DNA of 62,215 bases, counting the filler, from Dugesia japonica (lineage: Eukaryota), in assembly GCA_001938525.1 (NCBI GenBank). It is 5 parts of 5 records of this genome, joined end to end, with 100 filler letters (N's around TTAATTAATTAA, not from the genome) between each part and the next. Parts side by side here need not be neighbours in the genome. Positions count along the whole stretch, not along the records: positions 25,477 to 40,269 come from MQRL01609656.1; positions 40,370 to 51,397 come from MQRL01648169.1; 3 more parts are not named here. One strand, 5' to 3'. Each line of letters opens with the position of its first letter. The first letter of the stretch is position 1. Positions 36,108-50,200 of the stretch are shown here, one piece after another. The translations under genes were made by a program, and so were the position numbers. Below the pieces are notes generated by a model, which ran no database searches, was not told the DNA's origin, and was given only the letters and a program-made list of their open reading frames with translations.

Positions 36108-36942
36108 TAGTTGTAAATAAATAATTATTCACTTAATATATATCAATATTTTCAAAAATAAGTAGTAGTTTTAGTGATTTTCAACGTTTAATATTCTCAA
36201 TCTTCGATTTGAATAACACAAATTTACCGAACAAATTTTTCTAGTTTTATCATTATTTGTTTCAAAATCAGATTTTGTATGTTAAAATTTCAAAGGAATG
36301 ATTTAATCATAAAATGAAGTACCGATATTAGTTTACACTTAATTCTAGACAATTTCCTGTCTGAAGTTAAACAAATGTTCTTTATTATCAAAAAAAAAAT
36401 TAATTGAACCAATAATAATATTATAACGATACATTGATTCTATTTTAATCTTAATAGTTTACTAACAATATTTGGTGTTTGTAAACTAACTCTTTATAAA
36501 AGATTATTTATTTTGTAAAATCAAAAGGAATTAAAATTTTCATAAAAATCAATTAATATAAAATTTATATATTTTTGATAAAAATATTTTAATTATTCTA
36601 ATTTAGAATGAAAATATTATTGATAAATCTAATAATTAAAAAGTTCTTATCATCCATTTAATATTATTAGAAGAAACTCATTGGAGTTAGAATGTTTAAA
36701 TCACGAAGTCTAATTGAATCCATAACAATTTATTTCTTACAATTTAAATCTATTTTTAAAAAAAACTAATTTCAAAAAATTAATTAAAATTAATTTTTCA
36801 AAAAAATGAATCAATTTTGAAAAAAATAATTAATTCTTTGAAAAATTTTAATAGAAGATTTTTTATAAAGTAAATTAAATTATAAATATAAAATTATTAT
36901 TTTTTATATTTAATAATAAATATTACGGTTGACTTTAACATA

Positions 36943-38264
36943 CAGAAAAACCTCCATATAAAGTACACCTCTCTTAAAGATACAAAAAAAATGAAAATGA
37001 GCCGCGATAGTATTTTTAAAGGATATTGACTCTTTATCCAAGGTACATCGCTATAAAGTACACAATTTTATTTATATAATTTTAAAAAATATTAATCAAC
37101 TCAATAGAAAGAATATCAATATACTTATTTTAAATATCTTATATTTTTTATAATCTTTAAAAACAGTGAAGTTGTTTTAATATTAAGAAAATTATTTCAT
37201 AATTAAATTTTTTTGAGCCCATATACCACAGTAACAAAAAGACAGTTTGTGGATTTTTAGAAGAAGATAAAGATTATAGAATATCTACGAAGGAATAAAA
37301 GTGTAATAGAAACGGCAAAATATTTTAATGTGTCTAAGGGATGTATTCAAGCGGTGAAAGACAAAGAGGCGGAAATAATGTGAATTGCTGAAGGAGGAGG
37401 TTCATTAAAAAGAGGCAGACTATCGAAAAACAATGAGGTTAATGTAGTTTTATATAGGTGGTTTGTCCGTGCGCGCTCGTTATATTATCATATCACTGGG
37501 CCTATTCTGCAAACAAAGGTCTTAAAAATATCGGATGCTCTTGGGATTGATCGATCAGACTTTAATGCCAGTGTAGGAAACGTTCAAAAGTCATCATAAT
37601 ATCAAACAATATGCAATATCTGGAGAATCGGGAACTATAAACTAAATATTAGTTGATGAATGAAAAATGTCACTAAAAACAATTCTAGTAAGGCATGANC
37701 CCCGTAATGTATTCAATATGGACGAGATAGGGTATTTTTTTTAGAGTTATACCAGATCAAACGCTTGCGCAAACCGGAGATTCTTGCAAAGGTGGCAAAC
37801 AAGGAAAGGTCCACATTACAGTTGCTCTAGCATGCTCAGCATTAGGTGAAAAACTACCCATTTTGGTTATTGTTAAGTCTCGTGAGCCGAGATGTTTTTN
37901 AGGAGTGGATATGTCAAAGATGAATTTTCAGTATGAGAGTTCAAAAAAGGCGTGGATTACAGTAAATATATTCAATTCTTATTTGAAGAAACTTGACAGT
38001 CAAGTTAGACGAGAAAAGAGGTAGATACTATTATTTGTTGATAATGCGCCAGTTCATTTACTAGATGAGCCCACTTGTCTAACGAATATAACAGTTAAAT
38101 ACCTTCTTCTTAATATGAAAAGTGTGCTACAACGACTTGATGGAGGAATAATACGTAGCCTCAATGCATTGGCAAGAAGATACCAGATTTTATCCCTATT
38201 GGAAATGATTGATTGCGGGCGGCCTATTTCTGATATTGTTAAATATGGTGTATCAAACTTTTTT
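36943..38264 (+). mobile_element. Tigger/pogo (CENP-B-like DDE_1) transposon, decayed
   Basis: TA-CAG.AAAACCTCC left end; psq-type HTH KKIKIIEYL; VLYRWF...ITGPILQTK; VFNMDE; CKGGK...ITVALACSALGEKLPILVI; LLFVDNAPVH; LQRLDGGII. Confidence 0.9.
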
Positions 38265-40269
38265 NNNNNNNNNNNNNNNNNNNNNNNNNNNNNNNNNNNN
38301 NNNNNNNNNNNNNNNNNNNGAGAATTGTTTGCAAATGGGCTGTACTTTATACTGAGATTTTACTGTATTTATTTTGGAAATTCAGTTTTAGTTTATTTAT
38401 CGTTGTCAAGTAAATTAAATATGTTATTATATTATTATATAAAAAAAATATTGAAAGTAAACGTAACAGAAGTAATTTTATCAATTTTCTTCGTAAAAGT
38501 TATTCATAATTTTTATTATATAAATTTTTAAAATTGTATAATTAATAACGCTTTTTATGCGAGGATATTATTCTAGCTAGAATAATATGAAGAAACCATT
38601 TATCTACAAAATCACGTCCTCAGTTACCTTTCTTCAATATTTGATAATATATGGTACTATAATATTATGTCCATTCATTCTCACGAAGAATAAAAAATTT
38701 CAGAGTCAAATGCTATATTTAAATATTTATACAAGTTTAAAACATTATTATAATAAGAAATGTTTATCNNNNNNNNNNNNNNNNNNNNNNNNNNNNNNNN
38801 NNNNNNNNNNNNNNNNNNNNNNNNNNNNNNNNNNNNNNNNNNNNNNNNNNNNNNNNNNNNNNNNNNNNNNNNNNNNNNNNNNNNNNNNNNNNNNNNNNNN
38901 NNNNNNNNNNNNNNNNNNNNNNNNNNNNNNNNNNNNNNNNNNNNNNNNNNNNNNNNNNNNNNNNNNNNNNNNNNNNNNNNNNNNNAAGTCATAAGTGGTG
39001 TGAACTCTAGCAGTGGGAACAGTAAAAATTATTTTGAGGCATAATCTTATCCAGTCATATAAACATATAATATTCTATTTTTTATTATTTTCAGCAACAA
39101 ACACTTCTTTTGAATGATTAATTATCTATTTAATATTTACTTCTAATTTGAATTTAGAATATTATTTATCAATTGATAAAATTATGAAAATTAAAAATTT
39201 ACTTTTAAAGAAATGTTTGATTAGTCTAGTAAAACAAATGTTACTCTTTCGATTTATGACTGATTTGACCTTACATTCTTGATTTCATTTAGAGTATTCA
39301 TCAAATTTTGCTTTTATCATGTCAATCAGATATATGAATTTCCCATTTCATTTAGTAATAATTTATTGAAAATATTTGCAGTAATAACACAATTTGTCTT
39401 TTTGTCGACACTCGTGAAATTTATGTACTTTGTAAAATTGGTTGACAGTTTAATTCAAGACTCAAACTTCACTAATTTAGTATTAATTCGATGATTTTTT
39501 TAATCTTTCAATCGATTTTATGCATCACCATAGTTTGTATTATTTAGTTTCAATTTTGCTCTGCGAGACTTATTAATAATTTTAGGTGAAGTAAATGCGA
39601 GATTAATTCTCATTTTTCGTCAGTATTTTATATTAATGAATCTTAGAGTATTACACATTTGATGTTCAAGTAACTGCAAAAATTTTTTTTTTCATTATTC
39701 ATTAATACAAAAGTATCTGATTTTCAAGAAATATTTGAAAATTTCTATAAAAATAAATTTTTCATTACTAATAAAATAATTGTTATGCTAAAATTAATTC
39801 ATGAATAATTCAATTTTCGGTCGAATATGTTTCATTACTAATAATGCAAAAGTACACTTTTGAAAAGTTGTCTAGAATTTCAGCTTCCAGACATCGACGG
39901 TGTGTGATTCAACTTCAAATGACCATATAATCAATTTCCCGGATATTTCAATATTTTAAATGTCTTATTTATTTTTTTATTAAAAATAAAATAAAATTCA
40001 TCGAATTGTATGAACAGCTGTTATTTGCTGTTTATACTACCCTAAATAAATTGATTTTTGTATTTGTTTGGTTATCGGATTAACATTTCAAAAATTAATA
40101 AAATAAAAATTCTTTTTCTAACCAATTTTTGATTTTTAAACGAATGGAACAATTCTTAAATTATTAATTTATCAGTCATAAACCAAATATAATAAATATA
40201 TTTTTTTTGATGAAATTATGTTGAACAGTCTTACTTAGTTTAATGAATTAATTATCTATAATCATATTT

Positions 40270-40369
40270 NNNNNNNNNNNNNNNNNNNNNNNNNNNNNNN
40301 NNNNNNNNNNNNNTTAATTAATTAANNNNNNNNNNNNNNNNNNNNNNNNNNNNNNNNNNNNNNNNNNNN
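40270..40369. other. Artificial contig linker
   Basis: TTAATTAATTAA at 40314-40325 between 44-N blocks. Confidence 0.97.
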
Positions 40370-41299
40370 GTCAAGATTTATGCGGATCGGGAGGCCACAT
40401 TGTTCCATACTCTACGAACCTTGTGGTTAAATTATCGATCTCCTCGGGAATCCACCGAAGCTATGGAGCAGACTGTCGATATGGATGCCTGACTACAATT
40501 TGCAGTGTACATAACCAAATAAATATTAATGAGTGTGGATGTAGTACTTTAACTTTCTTGAGATTTTATTTGTTGAAGTAGAGTTTTAACAGTATATTTT
40601 AACTGAGCATGTGTGATTACTGCTGTCCGGGTTCAAATGTTTTTGAGTAAGACGCGATACCGCAAAGTCGCGCTGAACCCGTGGAAATGAGGGGCATGTC
40701 ACTTAACTACTTGTGGTTTTTAGTTATGCCCCTAGACAGGTAAATGAAGTAGTAATTATTAAAAACGAGATCACTGAACTTGAATCAAAAATTTTAAAAC
40801 ATCAAAACATAAAAAAACAACAATATCTTGAATTCTGTATACCATATCTACACTTGTACCTTATGCATTTTTATTATTGGTGTTTGGACTTCAGGATCAG
40901 TATCATACACTTTCTTAACGTTGTAGACTGTTCGTAACGCGCTATTATTAAAGTTTACAATTTCTTTGGCAGTTTACCGTGCACGCAAACCAAAGATTAT
41001 AGTTGCTCTGATATAAGATTCCTTCAACATGATGGCTAATTTTTTGAATACGATATTTTATATATAAAATAATAAACCTTTAATTATAATAAATAATAAA
41101 TATTTTTCAAATTTTATAAATAGCTCTTGAAAAAGAAAAACAAAAGAAGTCATTGCCAATTTATCGTGCACATCCTTTATTTTTTTGTATTAAAAATTAT
41201 TTAAGAAACTTTTAAAAACAGTTTCCGTTAAAAATTTGAACAATTTGCGCGTACGCATATTATTCGCTCAAACTATCCGGAAAAGGCAGCAGTTTACAA

Positions 41300-42990
41300 T
41301 ACGAAGAGCTTCTTAAAAATTTGACAATAATATTAGAACAAATTTTCTAAATAATTTCTCTATATTATTATGTTAATAATTCTTTTTAAAATTCTCTGTA
41401 TTCCTGTTCTCTATTTTAATAATTTCTTTTTAGATTTTGCAAATCTCTTTATTTATATAAGTTGTTCTCTCGTGTTAGGATTTTGACTTTTATTGTTCTT
41501 GTAAAACTTGACAGTTTTTTTAATTACCTGTTCTTCCATCTTTCTAACGTCATCGATCCTATGTTTATTTTGACCTTCCGTGTTTATAAAAGTCTTGAAT
41601 TTCTGTTGCTCCTCCTCTTCCTTTTTAATATATTTTCCTTTCAAATTTCCGCTACATATTTTTTGATTAATTAATTATTTTATGTATTTAGGTATTGCTC
41701 ACTATTCGGAAATACTCAGAATAAAATACTCAAATGGATAAAAAAAATTTTATTTACAATTAACATATATAATTATATATTCCACATTTATATTAATTTA
41801 ATTCAAATATTAAACTATTTTCAATTTTTTTAGAAGTGGGCTGAAAAAATCAATATTTCCATTATCCAGTGTGAAATGTTGGATTGCACCTTCCAGTAAT
41901 TGTTTGTGTTTCATATTATTTATCCGGAATGATAAATTAATAAGTACGGGGATAAGAGTCATCCAGTAATAGTCCATGTTAGGTTGAATGATAGGGGTCT
42001 GATAAGATTTTGTAAAATGAAAACAATTACTACCATAAAGAACATTTCGATAGGATATTTAATGTATGTACAAAGTAGATGGAAAACGTTTCTTATTTTT
42101 TTTATCGTTATATCTATTATAATTAGGGCTTTTAGCACTTTTTAATATTGTTCATATTTTATATTTAAATATTTGTTCATCATCCATTTTCTAAAGGATT
42201 TCTACAATAAACTGTATTTTATGTTTTTAAATTAAGTAAAAAAATGTTTTGATATCTCTTTGCATATAAGTATAGAACAACGATTAATAATCCATATGTT
42301 AAATACTGTTTTAGTTTTAATATATTTTCCAATTACGAAAAATGAAAATTTGTATTTTTCTTGAAGCATTGGAAGTAAACATTGCTTGATTAAAAAAAAA
42401 TTAAAAAACCATTCTTTCATTATTAGCTTTATATCCAGAAGTTTATCATCAATAGGCGAAATTAAAGTGTGATTTAAATATATATTTTAGTTTCTTCACA
42501 TTTCATCAATATTATTTGTCGGAGGTCAACAAATAGTTATCCGAAAATAAGCCTTTCCATTTTGAAAACCACCTTTCATTTACTAGTCTCTTTCAATTGA
42601 TATTTTTTATGAAATGTCAAATCTTTCTAACTTAAATTCAATCCACTGATAGGTATACAAAATGTATATTACATGGCATAAGATATCCAAAATGCCATCT
42701 AACCCTGAATATTTTGCTGAACACATGTTAACGAGATGAGTTTATCATTCAGCTATAATGATAAGATTTTTCGTTATTTTTCAAATAAAGTTTATTGATT
42801 TTTGAAATACGAAATAAAATTTTCTAATCGTTTTAAAACTTGTTTTTATTAGTATAAGTTTTAATTTCACAATTAACTTTCCATTTTGCTTGAACAGTAA
42901 TAAATCGATAAAGCAGAATGGTACTACCCTCTTATCTCGTATTTTTACAGGGATGCAAAACCCTGTACAGTTTATTAGGTAATCGATATA
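41300..42990 (-). pseudogene. Tandem intronless decayed ORFs of unknown, possibly viral, origin
   Basis: Long interrupted minus frames (e.g. KSYQTPIIQPNMDYYWMTLIPVLINLSF...FFSPLLKKIENSLIFELN* ending about 41795; ORF 41453-41644) separated by short AT spacers; no family recognised. Confidence 0.3.
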
Positions 42991-43004
42991 TGATAACTCT
43001 ATAG

Positions 43005-43531
43005 CAGTGTTTATCAGCCAAAAACGCACTGCAGCTCACTAAACTGAAAAAAAATTCTAACCCGGACCACTAGTTGAGAAAAATTGCTCTATGACAGTGT
43101 TTCTTAACCAAAAACAAACCACTGATCAGTAGATAGCAAAACTTTCTAACGCCGAGTATTAATTATGGTTATACTTAGCATTTTTATTCTAAATTTTAGC
43201 TACAAATGTTATTTGCAAAAACGAATTTTACATGCATCACTTGATAAGGAAGGGATAAATTACACACTTCCAATTAATTGAGTTATAGTTCGACTGCATT
43301 TTTATTAGTCTAAAGCTTTAGTTTACCTATACTTTCTCAATATTCCTTTTTTGATATAGTTTGAATGTTTTCTTATCTATCGTTAAAATCGTCTTATTAA
43401 GAAAAGTAACCCAACCTCGAGATAAATTCAGAAATACTAATTATGAAATTATTTAATGATCCCCGGGCGGCCCCCTAGAATTTTATTTACGGACCGGATA
43501 AGGCCCACGGCCAACAGGTTGGGATCCACTG
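43005..43531. mobile_element. Two adjacent hAT (Charlie/Buster-type) MITEs sharing one target site
   Basis: ctctatag [43005-43086] ctctatga [43095-43531] cgctatag; CAGTG.TT... / ...CA(C/T)TG-type ends. Confidence 0.7.
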
Positions 43532-44221
43532 CGCTATAGTATACAAATACAACATAATTACGTAGCCGTCATGTAATCATTTCAGCGATTATATAATAAG
43601 GTTTATCACGTTATAAGTTTATCGTAGTCGTGTCATAACTCAAACGTTATGTAATAAAGGTTATTAGATCACAACTCCGTTATCTATTACATGATCAATC
43701 GGAGTAATTTAATTTACCATAAAAAATCGGCAGGAAACCTCATTTTTGTTTAAACTAACCAAATTTTCAATTTTTTAAAAAATCATTGTTAATCTCAAAA
43801 CATGAAAATTTTAATAGCAGTCTATTTGAATTTTTGGTAAAATTTTATTCTTAAATTTTATCAACAGTGTACTCATTCGATAGAGAATTTTACGCAAATC
43901 AAGTTAAAAATCGCTAAACCATATCATCGATGAAATAAATTGAAAAATAAGTACACAAATATATAATTAAATTCAAATTCTTCCTATAAATTGTGAAATT
44001 AAAACAAACTAATAAAAACTTATTAGTGAATAAAATAACTTTTATTAGTGAATAACCTTTCGAAAGCAGACAAATTGAAAGAGATTTTAAATTCTTATAC
44101 TTCCACTTTCTGAAACAGTGAAATAAATTTACTTCAAAACCCAAATGAAATTCGTACTAAATCGAGTATTGTAACAAAATTATCTATTATTAAAGAAGTA
44201 GCATTTCACAAAAATTATATT

Positions 44222-47200
44222 TTAAACTTCAATATTACTAATCATGGGTATATTACTGCAGAAGCCTCCAAGAATCTTTAAACAATTTTTTGTTTTACCA
44301 AGCCTCATTTCATGATACGTTGCTAAGGATATATAATTAATTGAGAATTTCAGCTTTGGATCTAAGTTTGTGGCTTCATTGAGACATTGTTCTACGTGTT
44401 TATCCTGTTGGAGAATAGCATAAACCACACCCAAATTATAATACATGATACTACGAGCCTATTTAACATAAATAAAGAAATCAATACAAAAATTTACTTC
44501 ATCTAAATTCGTTGGAAAATTATTAGATTTTGTATTTGTATTTAATGCATTGCGATCGAAATCTTTATTTGCATCAGAATTGCAATCGAAATTGTTTGAA
44601 AGTTGAGTTTGTGTAGCCTAGAAATAATTTAGCAGTTTGATAATAAAGATTAATTTTATTTATTTAAAAATCTTGAAAAATATTTTTTCACGAAATAATT
44701 TAATGATCAACTACATTATAATTTGATTTGTACGATTTCTATGAATGTAAAATTAGTTTCAGAATATCGTGTGAAACTTTACACTAATGTTTTATGCTTT
44801 GATATTTAACATTTCAAAAAATTCAATAAATTAAAAATTATTTAATTTGTTTTTATTTATTCTAGTTATTATAGATAAAGAAATAAATTTAGAAGTTATT
44901 TCATTGAATTTTAATTGGATAATTAATTTTAATAATAAATTACATTAATTTTAATTTTATCTTTTTTAATTAGTATTTTTTCATCTTTATTTCTGTGAAA
45001 TGTAGACCATGAGAATTAAATTTGATATTTTACATAANNNNNNNNNNNNNNNNNNNNNNNNNNNNNNNNNNNNNNNNNNNNNNNNNNNNNNNNNNNNNNN
45101 NNNNNNNNNNNNNNNNNNNNNNNNNNNNNNNNNNNNNNNNNNNNNNNNNNNNNNNNNNNNNNNNNNNNNNNNNNNNNNNNNNNNNNNNNNNNNNNNNNNN
45201 NNNNNNNNNNNNNNNNNNNNNNNNNNNNNNNNNNNNNNNNNNNNNNNNNNNNNNNNTTATGTTACACATAATTTACTGTTACACAAATTTATTTGAAGCA
45301 AAATTTTACGCCGATTAGGAATATCATAACATACACACAACAAATGAAATGAAAAATGACATTAGAATAGTTATAATCGTAATTATATACAATGCTATTT
45401 CTTAAGATATTTAGATACCATTCGACTCAATAGAAAATTTACTATACATTGTTTAATTAAAATTACTGGGAAAATAAATAGTCTTGGAAAATAATATAAT
45501 TTTACTTCGAAAACAAAAATTTAAGCCCACGAAAATTATGTGTTTTCAATTGTTACGTTTTAAAAATAAATATAGATGTTCCATGGAGAGAATTCAAATA
45601 TTATTAACCACCAGGGAGTATTATATTATCTCTGAGAAATAATTCACACGCTGTACATTCATCTACTTAAACAGTTTGCTGATGTATAAATTCATTGTAT
45701 CTACTCATTAATCTATATAACTTCTTAGTCGTATACGAGCACATTTCATGTGCTTAGCAGTTTATATTTATTTCGATGTTTAAGTGAATTTCATGTATTC
45801 ATAAAAATGGATTATTTTAACTGAAATTTACCTGCGTAATCACTTCGTGCAAACTGGTTGGTTAAAGAAGTTTTATGTTTCCCAAGGGGATTCTAACATC
45901 AAACAGAGAAAAGCTAAATGTTAATATTCCTCGCGGAGCATTCTAATGTTATTTTTCATTTAATTTGTTGTGTCGCGACTTTAAAGTATGATATTCTTAA
46001 TCAGTGTAAAATTTTGCTTCAAATGATGTGTAGCATAATTAAGGTAAAGGAAAAAAGGATTTATTTATAATTATATTAAAAAATATGTATTTTGAGGTGT
46101 TAAAATATTTAATAGGTAATATGTATGTAGTGAATTGTAAATAATCATAAAATAATAATAATATTAATAAAAATGATAATAATGATATAATAATAAAAAA
46201 TAATAAATTTTTATATAACATATCAATTATAAAGTGTAGAAAGATAACCTGTTTTTTATTAGAAGCAAGCTGCCCCGTGATCAAAGAATATGCGTATAAA
46301 AAAACATTTGCAGAAATATTTTTGAATTAAATTTTATTTATGCACTTCATTTTTGTCCTTTTTTTCGCTAAGGAGTTGCTCAGGTAAACTTATTTTCTCG
46401 AAATTAGTGTTTTCCAATTGCTCTCTTACTTCCTGTTGTCCAACGGACCTCATGTCCTTTGATTCATCCAACAACCTTATTTCACATTTTAATTTCTTCG
46501 GGAAGTTACTTGATCATGTTCCCCGTCATTTATTGATATTCCTGGACATCAGTTGCTTCTTGTCTTCTTTAGTTTTGATTATTTTATTCAAATTTTAATT
46601 GAAGTTGTATCTTTGAAGTTATATTGTCGCCGTTGAGAGCACATAGAAAAGCGACATAAAGTTGGCCATGGCCGAATATCGGAAGCTGCAGGTAATATGA
46701 TTGACCTTGGGATTTGTTCATGGTAAAGCAGAACGCAGGAGTCACCGAGAATTCACATCGTCGCAATACAAATAGCAAGGTAGTCTCGAAGAGTGCAAGA
46801 ATAATTCGAGGAACTATGACTACATTATCCCGATCGTACTTAGAAATTATTCGTGCAGTGATTATATTTCAAGATACTCAGCCACCAATCGTGTGCCGTT
46901 GCCGTTGCGGCGACTATCACTCTGTTCGACAACTGCTCATCGCTGAGGTTTCCGTCGATTAAGCTGCTATTGGCAATCATAGTCGGAGGAACTGGGATGA
47001 GTTCTGGATCACGAAGAGAAGTAAATTTAGAAAGAGTTCCTTCACCAATTTTAAGAAGCCACCCATTATGTTCTTGCTGACTGTCGCTTCGCGTATTAGC
47101 TAATAATGCCAAGTGGCGCCATAATGAACTTAACTTGATACAGTAATCAAGAACTTTCATTGAAAGTTTTAAAATTATCATTAGGTGAGTTTGGAAAACA

Positions 47201-50200
47201 TCAGAAAACATTAACATCAGAACTCAACTCCATAAATTTATTAAAATAAAAACTATAACATCATTAATTGTTTAAACAAACAAATTTAAAAACAAAAAAT
47301 ACTAAATATTTAATTTTATATTTTATTCTTTTTGAAATATATTTGATTTTAAAAAATATTAAAATACAAATCTTTTATTCATCTAATTTTATATTTTATT
47401 CTATAAAAAATATATATTGATTAAAAAAATACCCTAAAATAAACATCTTTTATTCCTTTAATTTTATATTTTAAAAATCCTTAAATTTTAGTAATTTATT
47501 TTATAAATTATTTTCTTGATACAATTTTAAATATAATTTTAATAAATTCCGTTTTAAAAATTAAAAAAATTTAAATCTGTTTGTTAAAAAACTATCTTAT
47601 AAATATGCATCTGTATCATTAAATTTAATATTTAAAACTTAAAATTTTGAGAATTATTTAAAAAATTTATAGATATTTTATTATCATTCTTTAAATTATC
47701 TGCATTCAAAAATTTTTCTTCTTTTTTTAAAATAATTTTCATTGAAAGATATAAAATTTTCTTTAAAATCACTATTTTAAATCACTGAAGTTAACCATTT
47801 TTGAATACATTTCTTGGTTATTTTCTGAATAACTTTCATGAAATCTTTCAAATTTTTTAACCTTTAAAAAAATTTTCAATAAAAACCACTGGGTTTTTCA
47901 TATAATTGAAAATTTTAAAGAGTATGATAAAAATCACAATTTTGAAATTTTATGATTAATATTGAGCATCACAGACATACAAAATAACAAACTTGTTAGT
48001 TTATGTTGTTCCTGTGAAATTTACAAGTCAAGTAAACATCATTTTAATCAAACTTTTTAATTTATTGAAACTTAAAAATGCGATCAACAATTATTTTCGC
48101 AATAATTATAATTATAAAATTTCAAAAGATATCAAGAATTTCTTACAAAAAAGGANNNNNNNNNNNNNNNNNNNNNNNNNNNNNNNNNNNNNNNNNNNNN
48201 NNNNNNNNNNNNNNNNNNNNNNNNNNNNNNNNNNNNNNNNNNNNNNNNNNNNNNNNNNNNNNNNNNNNNNNNNNNNNNNNNNNNNNNNNNNNNNNNNNNN
48301 NNNNNNNNNNNNNNNNNNNNNNNNNNNNNNNNNNNNNNNNNNNNNAAAATATCAATGTATAAAGATAATTGAAGTAATAACTTACTGGATTAAGTAATGT
48401 ATAAATATTATTAGAGAAATTGTTCATCATCACATTGGCTTCACTCATATACATCCGAGCAAGATATTTGTGATTAGGAGATAGAATTGGCTGGTTTAAT
48501 AATTTTTCGGAAAACTTGTAAGCTTCAGTATAGTTGCTAAGGCATAAAGAAATATATGCGCCATTTAATAAAATCGAGCATTCCAAATGAATTATATCAT
48601 TTCCTTGGATTATTCCACAAGGATAGACATACATACACTAAAAATAAAGTAGCATTTATTATTATATTTTTTTGAATAAATATTGATCTATACTAATATA
48701 TCATTTTGAAATGTGTGTTGGTCATTCCAAAATAAAAAAATTTATTTAATAAAAGCTAACTTTAATATACTTCATTTCTGCCAGTAGTTATATTTCGAAA
48801 TTTATATTTTTTTGAAAACCAAGTTAACTTTACCAGTGATAACGAACCTTTTGACCTCGGCAAGTCAGAATATTGAAAAACTCTAACTTAATTAATGCGT
48901 TGTGTCCTATTCATAATTATTTTTTGATATTTGCAAGTATAGTAAAAAAAGATTTATATTTTTTATAATTATTTAACATATTTAAATGCCATAAATCAAA
49001 GAAAAATAAACAAAACAATATGTATAAAATGAACAAAAACAGAAAAAACAATTTAGGAAAAAATAATAATAAAAACAATTGTAATCAAATGTTATGAAAA
49101 CTAGTGACTTTTTTTGCTAATTCTTCGATAGCAGGTTCATACTTGGTGCACTTCAAGGCCAAGCAAGCAATACTAATTTCATACGTTGGCCGTTTCCTTT
49201 TGTTCGTTTTAATAATATTTAATGCTGAGAACGAAGTNNNNNNNNNNNNNNNNGATGAAAAAATTGTTAGCAGAGCCATGGCTAGATATTTTATGTCGCT
49301 AAAAAACCAGGTTATCTGTTCTAAGCTTTCAAAATTTCTTGTTCATAGTTGCACTCTACTTCATTATTTAAACGACTTCGTTCCATATTTTCATGTTTCA
49401 AACCTTAAGTCGACCAACACATAAGTCCACATGTTGTCTTGGAAATCTGAAAGTTGCATCTCAAAAATAGTCAAATGTATTTATATTTTATTTTAAAAAA
49501 ATCAATTCGTTTAACATTGAGAATAAAGAGTGCGGATAACGGAGTTTTATATAAAAGTTTAATAAGTTTCTTATATATTAACGCTTTGCAGTGTTGTTGA
49601 ACATTTCAAGGATAGTATATATAACCAATAAAAAATTGATCAATTATCATACATAAAAAATGTAGAGCTGTAGAGCACATTATTAAAACTCGAGATCAGT
49701 AATATAAACGATCTAATTAAAAAATTCAGTGGCCCGCATTGAAATTTAATCCTAATGTTATCTATTTATGTAATAAAATAGATAACATAAAATAAAATAA
49801 ATTATATGTATAAAAACACAAAATAAAATTTTTAAAAATTTTCAAAAAAATTACAAAAATTTAAAATTAAAAAATTCTAATATTTAAAATATCTTCAAGA
49901 CTTTTCTATATTAATTAATAAAAAAAATTATTTTGGAAATTTTTTGAGTTGATTTGATTTAAAAAAAATAAAAATTAAAATCATTAAAATTAAAAGTATA
50001 AAAAAAATTAACCAATAAAATTTCGATNNNNNNNNNNNNNNNNNNNNNNNNNNNNNNNNNNNNNNNNNNNNNNNNNNNNNNNNNNNNNNNNNNNNNNNNN
50101 NNNNNNNNNNNNNNNNNNNNNNNNNNNNNNNNNNNNNNNNNNNNNNNNNNNNNNNNNNNNNNNNNNNNNNNNNNNNNNNNNNNNNNNNNNNNNNNNNNNN

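Noticed and set aside
38587-39044. ORFs spanning N runs (also 27054-27345, 45009-45318, 47993-48397)
   Set aside because: Open only because N codons contain no stops.
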